DNA of 64,000 nt from Eledone cirrhosa (GCA_964016885.1 OZ024751.1:46810001-46874000), one strand, 5' to 3'. Shown: positions 43,677 through 58,906, numbered from the stretch's first letter. Notes: generated by a model not told the origin, from the letters alone. Numbers and translations: made by a program.

Positions 43677-43872
43677 TCATACATATACACACAAACACGT
43701 GTATATATATCTGTATATATATATAGTTGAAAATGAACAAACAAAACACAGGAGGCAATTGTACACAGTTATATTAGATTCACGCTTGATGGAAGTGGAG
43801 GAGGTTTCGACGTTTCGGACAGATGTCCTGGAATGAGTTTGAAGCTGATGTGTGTATGTATATAAACATGTA

Positions 43873-43912
<40 letters not shown>

Positions 43913-44043
43913 AGCAAAGGGATATTTAATTTATTGGTAATTCAACAAATATATTTATAACAGATTCGAAGCACTCGACAAGTTTTCTGGAGTATAATAT
44001 CAATGATATTAATAAATGGAAACTATATTTATAAAACCATATT

Positions 44044-44103
44044 TATTCTATTATATATATTTCAAGGATACCAAAAGTTTGGTCCGCTCTCATCAGATAA
44101 AAT
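44044..44103 (-). ncRNA. Hammerhead motif (family B element ~43912-44125)
   Basis: Minus strand reads ATTTTAT-CTGATGA-GAGCGGACCAAACTTTTGGTATCCTT-GAAA-TATATA-TA-ATAGAAT. Confidence 0.75.
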
Positions 44104-44331
44104 TCATTTATTATTATCATTGATATATATATATATTTATATATAAGTTTATCCCGGGTTCAATCGGGGGTAACCACAGTAAGTAAAGTACTCAATACAT
44201 AGCAGAGTATAAATATTTAATAAAGAAATGTCTTTTACAAGGCTTCCTGGTGATTTCCCCCGAACCGAATGAAACAGTTCCAGTCCTATAGAAGCCATTT
44301 CTATATTAAATTTATATATGTATATATATAT

Positions 44332-44975
<644 letters not shown>

Positions 44976-45033
44976 TTAAGTAAGTGCCATACTAAGAGTG
45001 AGAAATGAAATTTCGTTTTCATTTTTTTCAACT

Positions 45034-45102
<69 letters not shown>

Positions 45103-45103
45103 G

Positions 45104-45458
<355 letters not shown>

Positions 45459-45510
45459 CATATATTTACTGTCATTGATAAATATGCTGGGTCCGTCAAC
45501 CCTTATTATA

Positions 45511-45803
<293 letters not shown>

Positions 45804-46129
45804 TGAGTGAGTACGTGTATGTATATGTAAACGTGTATGTATATAAGTATTACTCTAATCAATGTATTAAACAAAAGCAAACGCTATGTGGTTGCCGGAT
45901 TAGCGGATGTTGTTAACAAAGGAATAATAAAATTGATAATTCAGAAGTTCAAAAGAAAATAAAGGGGTATTTAGTGTTCCTCTTTCTGATGTGTTTTTGA
46001 TTTAACCACCCGTATAGGGTGTTCTGTAGTGTGTATCGTAGAGTATAGGGGTAGTTATGGCCCCTGTATTGTGACTGGCCGACTGTGTGGTCGGTGTTGT
46101 TTGTATTGTTGGGGCTGTGTAGTACAGTA

Positions 46130-49100
46130 TAGTAGAATGTAGTATGGGTGGTGTGGTGTAGTGGTATATAGTATGGGTGGTGTGGTGTTGTGGTATATAG
46201 TATGGGTGGTGCGGTGTAGTGGTATATAGTATGGGTGGTGTGCTGTAGTGGTATATAGTATGGGTGGTGTGCTGTAGTAGAATATAGTATGGGTGGTGTG
46301 GTGTTGTGGTATATAGTATGGGTGGTGTGGTGTTGTGGTATATAGTATGGATGGTGTGCTGTAGTGGTATATAGTATGGGTGGTGTGGTGTTGTGGAATA
46401 TAGTATGGATGGTGTGCTGTAGTGGTATATAGTATGGGTGGTGTGGTGTTGTGGTATATAGTATGGATGGTGTGATGTTGTGGTATATAGTATGGGTGGT
46501 GTGGTGTTGTGGAATATAGTATGGATGGTGTGCTGTAGTGGTATATAGTATGGGTGGTGTGGTGTTGTGGTATATAGTATGGGTGGTGTGCTGTAGTGGT
46601 ATATAGTATGGGTGGTGTGGTGTAGTGGTATATAGTATGGGTGGTGTGGTGTTGTGGTATATAGTATGGATGGTGTGCTGTAGTATAATAGAGTGTGGGT
46701 GGTGTGATGTTGTGTTATATAGTATGGGTGGTGTGGTGTTGTGGAATATAGTATGGGTGGTGTGATGTTGTGGAATATAGTATGGATGGTGTGCTGTAGT
46801 GGTATATAGTATGGGTGGTGTGCTGTAGTGGTATATAGTATGGGTGGTGTGGTGTAGTGGTATATAGTATGGGTGGTGTGGTGTTGTGGTATATAGTATG
46901 GATGGTGTGCTGTAGTGGTATATAGTATGGGTGGTGTGGTGTTGTGGTATATAGTATGGGTGGTGTGCTGTAGTGGTATATAGTATGGGTGGTGTGGTGT
47001 AGTGGTATATAGTATGGGTGGTGTGGTGTTGTGGTATATAGTATGGGTGGTGTGGTGTAGTGGTATATAGTATGGGTGGTGTGGTGTAGTGGTATATAGT
47101 ATGGGTGGTGTGGTGTTGTGGTATATAGTATGGGTGGTGTGTGTTGTGGTATATAGTATGGATGGTGTGATGTTGTGGTATATAGTATGGGTGGTGTGCT
47201 GTAGTGGTATATAGTATGGGTGGTGTGGTGTTGTGGTATATAGTATGGGTGGTGTGTGTTGTGGTATATAGTATGGGTGGTGTGGTGTTGTGGTATATAG
47301 TATGGGTGGTGTGGTGTTGTGGTATATAGTATGGGTGGTGTGGTGTTGTGGTATATAGTATGGGTGGTGTGCTGTAGTGGTATATAGTATGGGTGGTTTG
47401 GTGTTGTGGTATATAGTATGGGTGGTGTGGTGTTGTGGTATATAGTATGGGTGGTGTGATGTTGTGGTATATAGTATGGGTGGTGTGGTGTTGTGGTATA
47501 TAGTATGGGTGGTGTGTGTTGTGGTATATAGTATGGGTGGTATGGTGTTGTGGTATATAGTATGGGTGGTGTGTGTTGTGGTATATAGTATGGATGGTGT
47601 GCTGTAGTGGTATATAGTATGGGTGGTGTGATGTTGTGGTATATAGTATGGGTGGTGTGGTGTTGTGGTATATAGTATGGGTGGTGTGTGTTGTGGTATA
47701 TAGTATGGGTGGTGTGGTGTTGTGGTATATAGTATGGGTGGTGTGTGTTGTGGTATATAGTATGGATGGTGTGCTGTAGTGGTATATAGTATGGGTGGTG
47801 TGATGTTGTGGTATATAGTATGGGTGGTGTGGTGTTGTGGTATATAGTATGGGTGGTGTGTGTTGTGGTATATAGTATGGGTGGTGTGGTGTTGTGGTAT
47901 ATAGTATGGGTGGTGTGTGTTGTGGTATATAGTATGGATGGTGTGCTGTAGTGGTATATAGTATGGGTGGTGTGATGTTGTGGTATATAGTATGGGTGGT
48001 GTGGTGTTGTGGTATATAGTATGGGTGGTGTGTGTTGTGGTATATAGTATGGGTGGTGTGGTGTTGTGGTATATAGTATGGGTGGTGTGTGTTGTGGTAT
48101 ATAGTATGGATGGTGTGCTGTAGTGGTATATAGTATGGGTGGTGTGATGTTGTGGTATATAGTATGGGTGGTGTGGTGTTGTGGTATATAGTATGGGTGG
48201 TGTGTGTTGTGGTATATAGTATGGGTGGTGTGGTGTTGTGGTATATAGTATGGGTGGTGTGTGTTGTGGTATATAGTATGGATGGTGTGCTGTAGTGGTA
48301 TATAGTATGGGTGGTGTGATGTTGTGGTATATAGTATGGGTGGTGTGGTGTTGTGGTATATAGTATGGGTGGTGTGATGTTGTGGTATATAGTATGGGTG
48401 GTGTGGTGTTGTGGTATATAGTATGGATGGTGTGCTGTAGTGGTATATAGTATGGGTGGTGTGATGTTGTGGTATATAGTATGGGTGGTGTGGTGTTGTG
48501 GTATATAGTATGGATGGTGTGGTGTAGTGGTATATAGTATGGGTGGTGTGGTGTTGTGGTATATAGTATGGGTGGTGTGTGTTGTGGTATATAGTATGGA
48601 TGGTGTGCTGTAGTGGTATATAGTATGGGTGGTGTGATGTTGTGGTATATAGTATGGGTGGTGTGGTGTTGTGGTATATAGTATGGGTGGTGTGCTGTAG
48701 TAGAATATAGTATGGGTGGTGTGATGTTGTGGTATATAGTATGGGTGGTGTAGTGGTATATAGTATGGGTGGTGTGGTGTAGTGGTATATAGTATGGGTG
48801 GTGTGGTGTTGTGGTATATAGTATGGGTGGTGTGTGTTGTGGTATATAGTATGGATGGTGTGCTGTAGTGGTATATAGTATGGGTGGTGTGATGTTGTGG
48901 TATATAGTATGGATGGTGTGCTGTAGTGGTATATAGTATGGGTGGTGTGATGTTGTGGTATATAGTATGGGTGGTGTGCTGTAGTAGAATATAGTATGGG
49001 TGGTGTGATGTTGTGGTATATAGTATGGGTGGTGTGGTGTTGTGGTATATAGTATGGGTGGTGTGCTGTAGTAGAATATAGTATGGGTGGTGTGGTGTAG

Positions 49101-52100
49101 TGGTATATAGTATGGGTGGTGTGGTGTTGTGGTATATAGTATGGGTGGTGTGGTGTAGTGGTATATAGTATGGGTGGTGTGGTGTTGTGGTATATAGTAT
49201 GGGTGGTGTGGTGTTGTGGTATATAGTATGGGTGGTGTGGTGTAGTGGTATATAGTATGGGTGGTGTGGTGTTGTGGTATATAGTATGGGTGGTGTGGTG
49301 TTGTGGTATATAGTATGGGTGGTGTGCTGTAGTGGTATATAGTATGGGTGGTGTGGTGTAGTGGTATATAGTATGGGTGGTGTGGTGTTGTGGTATATAG
49401 TATGGGTGGTGTGCTGTAGTGGTATATAGTATGGGTGGTGTGGTGTAGTGGTATATAGTATGGGTGGTGTGGTGTTGTGGTATATAGTATGGGTGGTGTG
49501 GTGTTGTGGTATATAGTATGGGTGGTGTGGTGTAGTGGTATATCGTATGGGTGGTGTGGTGTTGTGGTATATAGTATGGGTGGTGTGCTGTAGTGGTATA
49601 TAGTATGGGTGGTGTGATGTTGTGGTATATAGTATGGGTGGTGTGGTGTTGTGGTATATAGTATGGGTGGTGTGCTGTAGTAGAATATAGTATGGGTGGT
49701 GTGATGTTGTGGTATATAGTATGGGTGGTGTGGTGTTGTGGTATATAGTATGGGTGGTGTGCTGTAGTAGAATATAGTATGGGTGGTGTGGTGTAGTGGT
49801 ATATAGTATGGGTGGTGTGGTGTTGTGGTATATAGTATGGGTGGTGTGCTGTAGTAGAATATAGTATGGGTGGTGTGGTGTAGTGGTATATAGTATGGGT
49901 GGTGTGGTGTTGTGGTATATAGTATGGGTGGTGTGGTGTTGTGGTATATAGTATGGGTGGTGTGGTGTAGTGGTATATAGTATGGGTGGTGTGATGTTGT
50001 GGTATATAGTATGGGTGGTGTGCTGTAGTAGAATATAGTATGGGTGGTGTGGTGTAGTGGTATATAGTATGGGTGGTGTGGTGTTGTGGTATATAGTATG
50101 GGTGGTGTGTGTTGTGGTATATAGTATGGGTGGTGTGCTGTAGTGGTATATAGTATGGGTGGTGTGGTGTAGTGGTATATAGTATGGGTGGTGTGGTGTA
50201 GTGGCATATAGTATGGGTGGTGTGGTGTTGTGGTATATAGTATGGGTGGTGTGGTGTTGTGGTATATAGTATGGGTGGTGTGGTGTAGTGGTATATAGTA
50301 TGGGTGGTGTGATGTTGTGGTATATAGTATGGGTGGTGTGCTGTAGTAGAATATAGTATGGGTGGTGTGGTGTAGTGGTATATAGTATGGGTGGTGTGGT
50401 GTTGTGGTATATAGTATGGGTGGTGTGTGTTGTGGTATATAGTATGGGTGGTGTGCTGTAGTGGTATATAGTATGGGTGGTGTGGTGTAGTGGTATATAG
50501 TATGGGTGGTGTGGTGTAGTGGCATATAGTATGGGTGGTGTGGTGTTGTGGTATATAGTATGGGTGGTGTGCTGTAGTGGTATATAGTATGGGTGGTGTG
50601 GTGTAGTGGTATATAGTATGGGTGGTGTGGTGTAGTGGCATATCGTATGGGTGGTGTGGTGTTGTGGTATATAGTATGGGTGGTGTGGTGTTGTGGTATA
50701 TAGTATGGGTGGTGTGCTGTAGTGGTATATAGTATGGGTGGTGTGGTGTAGTGGCATATAGTATGGGTGGTGTGGTGTTGTGGTATATAGTATGGGTGGT
50801 GTGGTGTTGTGGTATATAGTATGGGTGGTGTGTGTTGTGGTATATAGTATGGGTGGTGTGCTGTAGTGGTATATAGTATGGGTGGTGTGATGTTGTGGTA
50901 TATAGTATGGGTGGTGTGGTGTTGTGGTATATAGTATGGGTGGTGTGCTGTAGTAGAATATAGTATGGGTGGTGTGATGTTGTGGTATATAGTATGGGTG
51001 GTGTGGTGTTGTGGTATATAGTATGGGTGGTGTGGTGTTGTGGTATATAGTATGGATGGTGTGCTGTAGTGGTATATAGTATGGGTGGTGTGGTGTTGTG
51101 GTATATAGTATGGATGGTGTGGTGTAGTGGTATATAGTATGGGTGGTGTGGTGTAGTGGTATATAGTATGGATGGTGTGGTGTAGTGGTATATAGTATGG
51201 GTGGTGTGGTGTAGTGGTATATAGTATGGGTGGTGTGGTGTTGTGGTATATAGTATGGGTGGTGTGGTGTTGTGGTATATAGTATGGGTGGTGTGGTGTA
51301 GTGGTATATAGTATGGGTGGTGTGGTGTTGTGGTATATAGTATGGGTGGTGTGGTGTTGTGGTATATAGTATGGGTGGTGTGCTGTAGTGGTATATAGTA
51401 TGGGTGGTGTGGTGTTGTGGTATATAGTATGGGTGGTGTGCTGTAGTGGTATATAGTATGGGTGGTGTGGTGTAGTGGTATATAGTATGGGTGGTGTGCT
51501 GTAGTGGTATATAGTATGGGTGGTGTGGTGTTGTGGTATATAGTATGGGTGGTGTGCTGTAGTAGAATATAGTATGGGTGGTGTGATGTTGTGGTATATA
51601 GTATGGGTGGTGTGGTGTAGTGGTATATAGTATGGGTGGTGTGGTGTAGTGGTATATAGTATGGGTGGTGTGGTGTTGTGGTATATAGTATGGGTGGTGT
51701 GTGTTGTGGTATATAGTATGGATGGTGTGCTGTAGTGGTATATAGTATGGATGGTGTGCTGTAGTGGTATATAGTATGGGTGGTGTGGTGTTGTGGTATA
51801 TAGTATGGGTGGTGTGGTGTTGTGGTATATAGTATGGGTGGTGTGTGTTGTGGTATATAGTATGGGTGGTGTGCTGTAGTGGTATATAGTATGGGTGGTG
51901 TGGTGTAGTGGTATATAGTATGGGTGGTGTGGTGTTGTGGTATATAGTATGGGTGGTGTGTGTTGTGGTATATAGTATGGATGGTGTGCTGTAGTGGTAT
52001 ATAGTATGGGTGGTGTGGTGTTGTGGTATATAGTATGGGTGGTGTGGTGTTGTGGTATATAGTATGGGTGGTGTGTGTTGTGGTATATAGTATGGGTGGT

Positions 52101-52222
52101 GTGCTGTAGTGGTATATAGTATGGGTGGTGTGGTGTAGTGGTATATAGTATGGGTGGTGTGGTGTTGTGGTATATAGTATGGGTGGTGTGCTGTAGTATA
52201 ATATAGTGTTGGTGGTGTAGTA
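46130..52222. repeat. 29-bp satellite array (~6.1 kb, ~210 units)
   Basis: Consensus TATAGTATGGGTGGTGTGGTGTTGTGGTA with a few recurrent variants. Confidence 0.97.
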
Positions 52223-52226
52223 TAAT

Positions 52227-52410
52227 AATTGTTTCTACTTTAGGCACAAGGCCAGCAAATACCCAGTACATTACTGGTACTTTATTTTATCGATCCCGTA
52301 AGGATGAAAGGCAAAGTCAACCTCGGCGGGATTTGAACTCAGATCATAAAGGGAGGTAACTCTGTGCTTCAAAGCATGGCGTCCGACCCTCTACAGATAC
52401 TGCCAATCCC
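52227..52410 (-). mobile_element. Family 1 SINE
   Basis: Matches the family 1 consensus and abuts the satellite. Confidence 0.87.
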
Positions 52411-52781
52411 CCCCCCCCCCCCCTACATAGCGTCCGACCCTCTACAGATACTGCCAATCCCCCCCCCCTACATGGCGTCCGACCCTCTACAGATACTGCC
52501 AATCCCCCACCCCCCTACATGGCGTCCGACCCTCTACAGATACTGCCAATCCACCACCCTAACATGGCGACCGACCCTCTACCCATACTGCCAATCCACC
52601 ACCCTAACATGGCGACCGACCCTCTACCCATACTGCCAATCCACCCCCCTAACATGGCGTCCGACCCTCTACAGATACTGCCAATCCACCCCCCTAACAT
52701 GGCGTCCGACCCTCTACCTATACTGCCAATCCACCCCCCTAACATGGCGTCCGACCCTCTACAGATACTGCCAATCCACCA
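52374..52781 (-). repeat. 45-bp tandem array (9 units) derived from the SINE 5' head
   Basis: Unit CATGGCGTCCGACCCTCTACAGATACTGCCAATCCACCCCCCTAA matches SINE sequence at 33253-33292. Confidence 0.9.
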
Positions 52782-53026
52782 ATAATAATTAATATTTACT
52801 GTAGCTAACAACAACAGTGGTTATAAAGACTAAAAGAAGTTTGCAATTTTCCTAATCGTTGTTGTTGCTGCTGCTGCTGTTGTTGTTACTGTTGTTGTTG
52901 TTGTTGTTGTTGTGCTGTTGTTGTTGTTGCTGCTGCTGCTGTTGTTGTTGTTGTTGTTGTTGCTGCTGCTCTTGTTACTGTTGTTGTTGTTGTTGCTGTT
53001 GTTGTTGTTGCTGCTGCTCTTGTTAC

Positions 53027-53063
<37 letters not shown>

Positions 53064-53218
53064 GCTGCTGCTCTTGCTGCTGTTGTTGCTGCTGCTGTTC
53101 TTGTTGTTGTTGTTGATATGAATAAATTTCTTGGTCTGTGGTTCAGTTACTTTCTATTAATACGTGTTTCAGTCTTTGCCTGTATGTGTGTGTATGTATG
53201 TGTACATGTGTGTATATG

Positions 53219-53249
<31 letters not shown>

Positions 53250-53286
53250 TTGTATGTGTGGGGTGTATGTGTGTATATATATATAT

Positions 53287-53895
53287 GTCAGGTCACCAGT
53301 TGGTGCTACTGGTAACATGTATCCCAGTACAACCTGTCTCATGGTCGGGTCGTTGGCGACTAAACTGGCAACCCCACCAAGGTTTCTTGGTGAGGAGGGT
53401 GACTTTGGACATCCTGCAGGACTAAAAACAAAACCTGTCAAAGGGCAAAGGAGCTCTTAAGAGTCAATGGCCATCCAAAATCAGTGGGAGAGATGACCCC
53501 TTAGCCTTTGTCAAGGCAGAATTCTAGGAGAAGGAAAACTCTGATATAACACCTGCAACCCTGATGGTATCCAATGATGTTGACTTGTTCTTCTTTTTGG
53601 TAAATATCATCTTGGTTAAGAGAGTGGGACTGGCTTTGTGCAGTGCCTTTGCTCACTATAAAAGCTTCACGGCACAGGCATTGCTTTATATCTGGAGATC
53701 TCTCTGCACTTGTCGTGACATGGTACCATGGGCCCAGCACTATGTGTCAATAATTGTCACAAGTGTAGTGTTTGTACCAGAGTTTTCAAGTCGCTGGCTG
53801 GACTAAAATGTCACACTCGTTCAGCACATCGGTAGGAGTTCTCCTACATGGATATAAAGTAGTGGCCGTACTCGAAAACGAGTTGGCAGCCACCA
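53287..53895 (+). mobile_element. Internally deleted RTE-like LINE derivative
   Basis: 3' part translates CSVCTRVFKSLAGLKCHTRSAHR* and ends like 10695-10728. The 5' part resembles RTE 5' UTRs (by eye). Confidence 0.55.
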
Positions 53896-53915
53896 TATAT
53901 ATACATATATATATA

Positions 53916-54107
53916 TAACGAAGGAAATGTGGTAAGGAACCAGGTGGACCATAACGCACCAAAGTACTCAATACTTAGGGTAGTAGAGTGGGTAATAGGA
54001 ACCAGTAAGACCCCGACGGCTGAGCTCAAGCCGTTTCGACGGCTAATTCTGTACAGAATTAGCCGTCGAAACGGCTTGAACTCAGCCGTCGGGGTCTTAC
54101 TTGTTCC

Positions 54108-54108
<1 letters not shown>
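53916..54108 (-). mobile_element. Family A fold-back element
   Basis: Hairpin centred on TCTGTACAGA with the same boundary. Confidence 0.88.
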
Positions 54109-54142
<34 letters not shown>

Positions 54143-56079
54143 CGCGTGTGTGTGTGTGTATGTATGTGTCTGTGCATGTGTGTATGTGTGTATATATATA
54201 TATATATATGTGTGTGTTCCAGTCACCTTCAAACAGATCAAAGGAGTCAAGCTGGAAGCTAAATTAAGTGGAACACAGCATCAATACAACTGTTAGAACT
54301 TTATTACTCTTATATCTACCCCCCCCTACCACCACACACACACACATGCACACATATACACTCACACACACTCACACATGCACACACACATATACATGAA
54401 CATACACTTACACACATTAACACAACTACACATACACCAACACACACATACACACACCTACCCTCATATATATGAACACCCACTCACACACACCAACACA
54501 CATTCACATACATCAATACACACACCAACACACACTCACACACATACACACACATATATATGAACACACACTCACACACACCAACACACATACATCAATA
54601 CACACACCAACACACACATATATATAAAAACACACACTCACACACACCATATGAACACACACTCCATATATGAACACACACTCACACACACCAACACACA
54701 TACATCAATACACACACCAACACACACATATATATATAAACACACACTCACACACACCATATGAACACACACTCCATATATGAACACACACTCACACACA
54801 CCAACACACATACATCAATACACACACCAACACACACATACACACACATATATATAAACACACACTCACACACACCATATGAACACACACTCCATATATG
54901 AACACACACTCACACACACCAACACACATGCATCAATACACACACCAACACACACATACTCACACATATATAAACAAACACTCACACACACCTTTGAACA
55001 CACACTCCATATATGAACACACACTCACACACACCAATACACATACATACATCAACACACACACCAACACACACATACACACACACACCAGCATACACCC
55101 CCACACACAAAAGGCCACCATTCACTGTTATATAGGTACCTACTTATGTATGTACCCACCCACCTTATATTACTTCCTGTTAACTCACACATCCACAACC
55201 AACCCGGTTTCGTCGTCGTTTTCCTCGGTTAACTATCTATACAGTAACCCGGTCTCGTTTATTGTCGGCTAATATCTCTCAAAGTCGAGCATTTTGACTC
55301 TGAAGTGACCGCTGCTATTGTTGTAGTGCAGTGGTGTTGGTGGTGTTGGTGGTGTTGGTGGTGGTGTAGTGCTGTAGTGTGGTGGTGTGGTGGTGTGGTG
55401 GTGCAGTGGTGTTGGCGGTGTTGGTGGTGGTGGTGGTGGTGTAGTGCTGTAGTGTGGTGGTGTGGTGGTGTGGTGGTGCAGTGGTGTTGGTGGTGTTGGT
55501 GGTGTTGGTGGTGGTGTAGTGATGTTGGTGGTGGTGTAGTGATGTAGTGTGGTGGTGTGGTGGTGTGGTGGTGCAGTGGTGTTGGTGGTGTTGGCGGTGG
55601 TGTAGTGCTGTAGTGTTGTGGTGTGGTGGTGTGGTGGTGCAGTGGTGTTGGTGGTGTTGGTGGTGGTGTAGTGATGTTGGTGGTGGTGTAGTGGTGTAGT
55701 GTGGTGGTGTGGTGATGTGGTGGTGGTGTAGTGATGTAGTGTGGTGGTGTGGTGATGTGGTGGTGCTGTAATATGGTGGTGTGGTGAAGGGGTATGGTGC
55801 TGTAGTGTGGTGGTGTGGTGGTGTGGTGGTGTGGTGGTGCAGTGGTGTTGGTGGTGTTGGTGGTGGTGTAGTGATGTTGGTGGTGGTGTAGTGATGTAGT
55901 GTGGTGGTGTCGTGATGTGGTGGTGCTGTAGTATGGTGGTGTGGTGAAGGGGTATCGTGCTGTAGTGTGGTGGTGTGGTGGTATGGTGGTGCTGCTGTAG
56001 TATGGTGGTGTGGTGGTGTGGTGGTGGTGTGGTGGTGTTTTAGTGATGGTGTTGTTCAATGGTGTGTAGGAGGGGCGAT

Positions 56080-56530
56080 TTACCTCTTAAAGCTTTGGCA
56101 GAAAGATAGGTCTGTGTGTTTAGTGTAAGTTTATGCACTAAACAAAGAGTCTAAATACAGATCCTTCCTTGATGGAGTCTCTACCGCGTTAGATGTAGTT
56201 AAGACTGAGCCATATACCCTAATGGGGGACTTCAGTGCACATGTTAGCACAGGCCATCTAATATGGAATGGTGTGATTGGAAGGAACGGCGATCCCGAGC
56301 TAAATACTAACGAAGAGGCCTTACTCGACTTCTGTCTAATAAGGCTCTAATGGGCTCTCTATTATGAACACCTTCCAGCACAGAGACATCCATAAATCTA
56401 CATGGTATAAGGGAAATTAGGGAAAGAGATCAATTATCAATTTTATATTGTCTCTGAACTCTTCAATTCTAAGCTGGATGTTCGTATTAAGAGGGGGGCT
56501 GAGCTGTCAACTAACAACCCATCTGGTTCC
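56080..56530 (+). pseudogene. RTE-clade LINE AP-endonuclease fragment (frameshifted)
   Basis: VYALN..FLD..LMGDFSAHV..WNGVIGRNGDPELN..LLDFC..NGLSIMNT..STWY..RSII..LDVRIKRGAELST, with stops and frameshifts. Confidence 0.85.
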
Positions 56531-56601
56531 AAGATGTTTTTTGTTGAAAATTATTAAAAACAAGGGATATTTTTCTATTCGGTTATTATTTGGTTAAAAG
56601 A

Positions 56602-56702
56602 AGGCGATGGGTTGGCAGAGTCGTTAGAGCGTCAGACAAAATGCTTTGCGGCACTTGTTTCAGCTCTTTAACTTCTGAGTTCATATTCAGGCTGAGGCCA
56701 AC
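56602..56702 (+). mobile_element. SINE 5' head (diverged)
   Basis: TGGCAGAGTCGTTAG A box and GAGTTCATATTC B-box-like motif. Confidence 0.6.
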
Positions 56703-56729
56703 TACGGTCATTGTAAGTTAGTCGGTAAG

Positions 56730-57162
56730 AGAGAGAGGGGGGGGGGGGGCTATCGGAGGGTGAGTGAGAGAGGAGAGGAGAGGAGGGAGACTAAAAGATA
56801 TCTTCGGATGAGAGAGAGAGAGAGAGAGAGGGCGAGAGGGGGGGATATCGGAGAATGAGAGAGAGAAAGAGGGAGAGGGGGAGAGTGAAAGATATCTTCG
56901 GATGAGAGAGAGAGAGAGAGGGCGAGAGGGGGGGATATCGGAGAATGAGAGAGAGAAAGAGAGAGAGGGGAGAGTGAAAGATATCTTTAGATGAGAGAGA
57001 GAGAGAGAGAGCGAGAGGGGGGATATCGGAGAATGATAGAGAGAGAGGGAGAGGGGGAGAGTGAAAGATATCTTTAGATGAGAGAGAGAGAGAGAGAGGG
57101 GGGGGGATATCGGAGAATGAGAGAGAGAGATGGGGAGAGGGGGAGAGTGAAAGATATCTTTA

Positions 57163-57200
<38 letters not shown>
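56730..57200. repeat. GA-rich ~88-bp tandem repeat, ~5 units
   Basis: AAAGATATCTT..GATGAGAG and GGATATCGGAGAATGA recur. Confidence 0.85.
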
Positions 57201-57201
<1 letters not shown>

Positions 57202-57753
57202 GATGAAAGAGAGAGAGAGCATGCAAGTGTGTATGTGTGTATGAGTGTGTGTGTGTGAGTGTGTATGTGTGAGTGTGTGTGAGTGTGTGTGCGTGAGTGA
57301 GTGTGTGTGGGTGAGTGCGTGTGTGAGGGCGTGTGTGTGAGTGTGTGTGTATATATGTGTGTGTGTGTGAGTGTGTGTGTCAGGGCGTGTGTGTGTAAGG
57401 GCGGGTGTGTGTGTATGTGTGTATATGAGTGTGTGTGTGTGTGTGTGTGAGTGTGTGTATGTGAGTGTGAGTGTGTGTGAGAGGGTGTGTGTGTGAGTGT
57501 GTGTGTGTATATGAGTGTGTGTATGTGTGAGTGTGTGTATGTGTGTGTGTGTGTGTGAGGGCGTGTGTCTGTGTGAGAGTGTGTGTGTATGTAAGTGTGT
57601 GCGTGTGTGTGTCATCATCTTACAGTGAGTTGAATAGAGAATAGGAAGAAGTGAGAAAATGTTATTGGAATAGAAACTGGAGAGGAAGAGGTGAATATGG
57701 AATGTGACGTGAAAGAATAATTCTGACTCCAGAGTTGTGAATGGAGTCCTTGT

Positions 57754-58114
57754 TATATTTAATTGTTTCTACTTTTGGCACAAGGCCAGCAAACACCCAG
57801 TACATTACTGGTACTTTATTTTATCGACCCCGTAATGGTGAAAGGCAAAGTTAACCTCGGCTGGATTTGAACTCAGAATGGCAAGGGCCGTAACTCCATG
57901 CGTCAAAGCATGGTATCCGACCCTCTTGATATATTTAATTGTTTCTACTTTTGGCACAAGGCCAGCAATCACTCAGTACATTACTGGTACTTTATTTTAT
58001 CGACCCCGTAATGGTGAAAGGCAAAGTTAACCTCGGCTGGATTTGAACTCAGAATGGCAAGGGCCGTAACTCCATGCGTCAAAGCATGGTATCCGACCCT
58101 CTTGATATATTTAA
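57754..58114 (-). mobile_element. Tandem dimer (176-bp period) of 5'-truncated family 1 SINE
   Basis: AATTGTTTCTAC at 57761 and 57937. Both units end at CCGACCCTCTTGATATATTTAAT. Confidence 0.88.
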
Positions 58115-58810
58115 TAAGTTTGTGTCATATACCAGCTTAATCAGAGCTGACTTAGGAGTTAAACCTACCACAAACACATATTAAGTATGCAGCAACTTAA
58201 CACACACACACATACACACATACACATATATATACACACACATACACACACACACATACACATATATATATATACACACATACACACACACACACATACA
58301 TACACACATACACACACAAACACACATATATATACACACACATACACACACATACACACATATACACACATACAAACACACATACACACACACATACACA
58401 CATATATACGCAGATACACACAGATACACACACATACACACACATACACACACATACACACACACACACATAAACACATGCACACACATACACACACATA
58501 CACACATACACACACATACACACACATACACACATACATACACACATTTATACACACATACACACATACACACACATACGCTCATTCATACATAAACAAA
58601 ATATAGTTAGTAAACTTCTTCATTTAACTCTTCTTCTTCTTCTTCTTCTTCTTCTTCTTCTTCTTCTTCCATCGCCACCCATCATTGCCCCCACCCGGGA
58701 AGGATGCAATGGGGCTGCTCCATTGAAAGTAAAGGTGGGGTGAGGGGTGTTATTGGGGTGACCCCCGAGAGAGGAGAACAGTTTATTTATTTATCTATTT
58801 ATTTTTATAG

Positions 58811-58906
58811 CTACTTTCACACTTTCACTTTTTGTCACAAGCGGCTGTGCGCATGCCCGGCTCACCACTGAAATCGATCCCTCGTTACAAGACATACGAC
58901 ATGACG
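58811..58906 (+). CDS. Candidate 96-bp internal host exon, product unknown
   Basis: Acceptor TTTATTTTTATAG| and donor |GTGAGT, length a multiple of 3, open in two frames, unique sequence amid repeats. Confidence 0.45.

Noticed and set aside
45949-52271. 1300-2100 aa His/Thr/Tyr/Pro-rich ORFs on the minus strand
   Set aside because: The C-rich strand of a 29-bp satellite has almost no stop codons in any frame. The period is not a multiple of 3 and frameshifting variants are tolerated.
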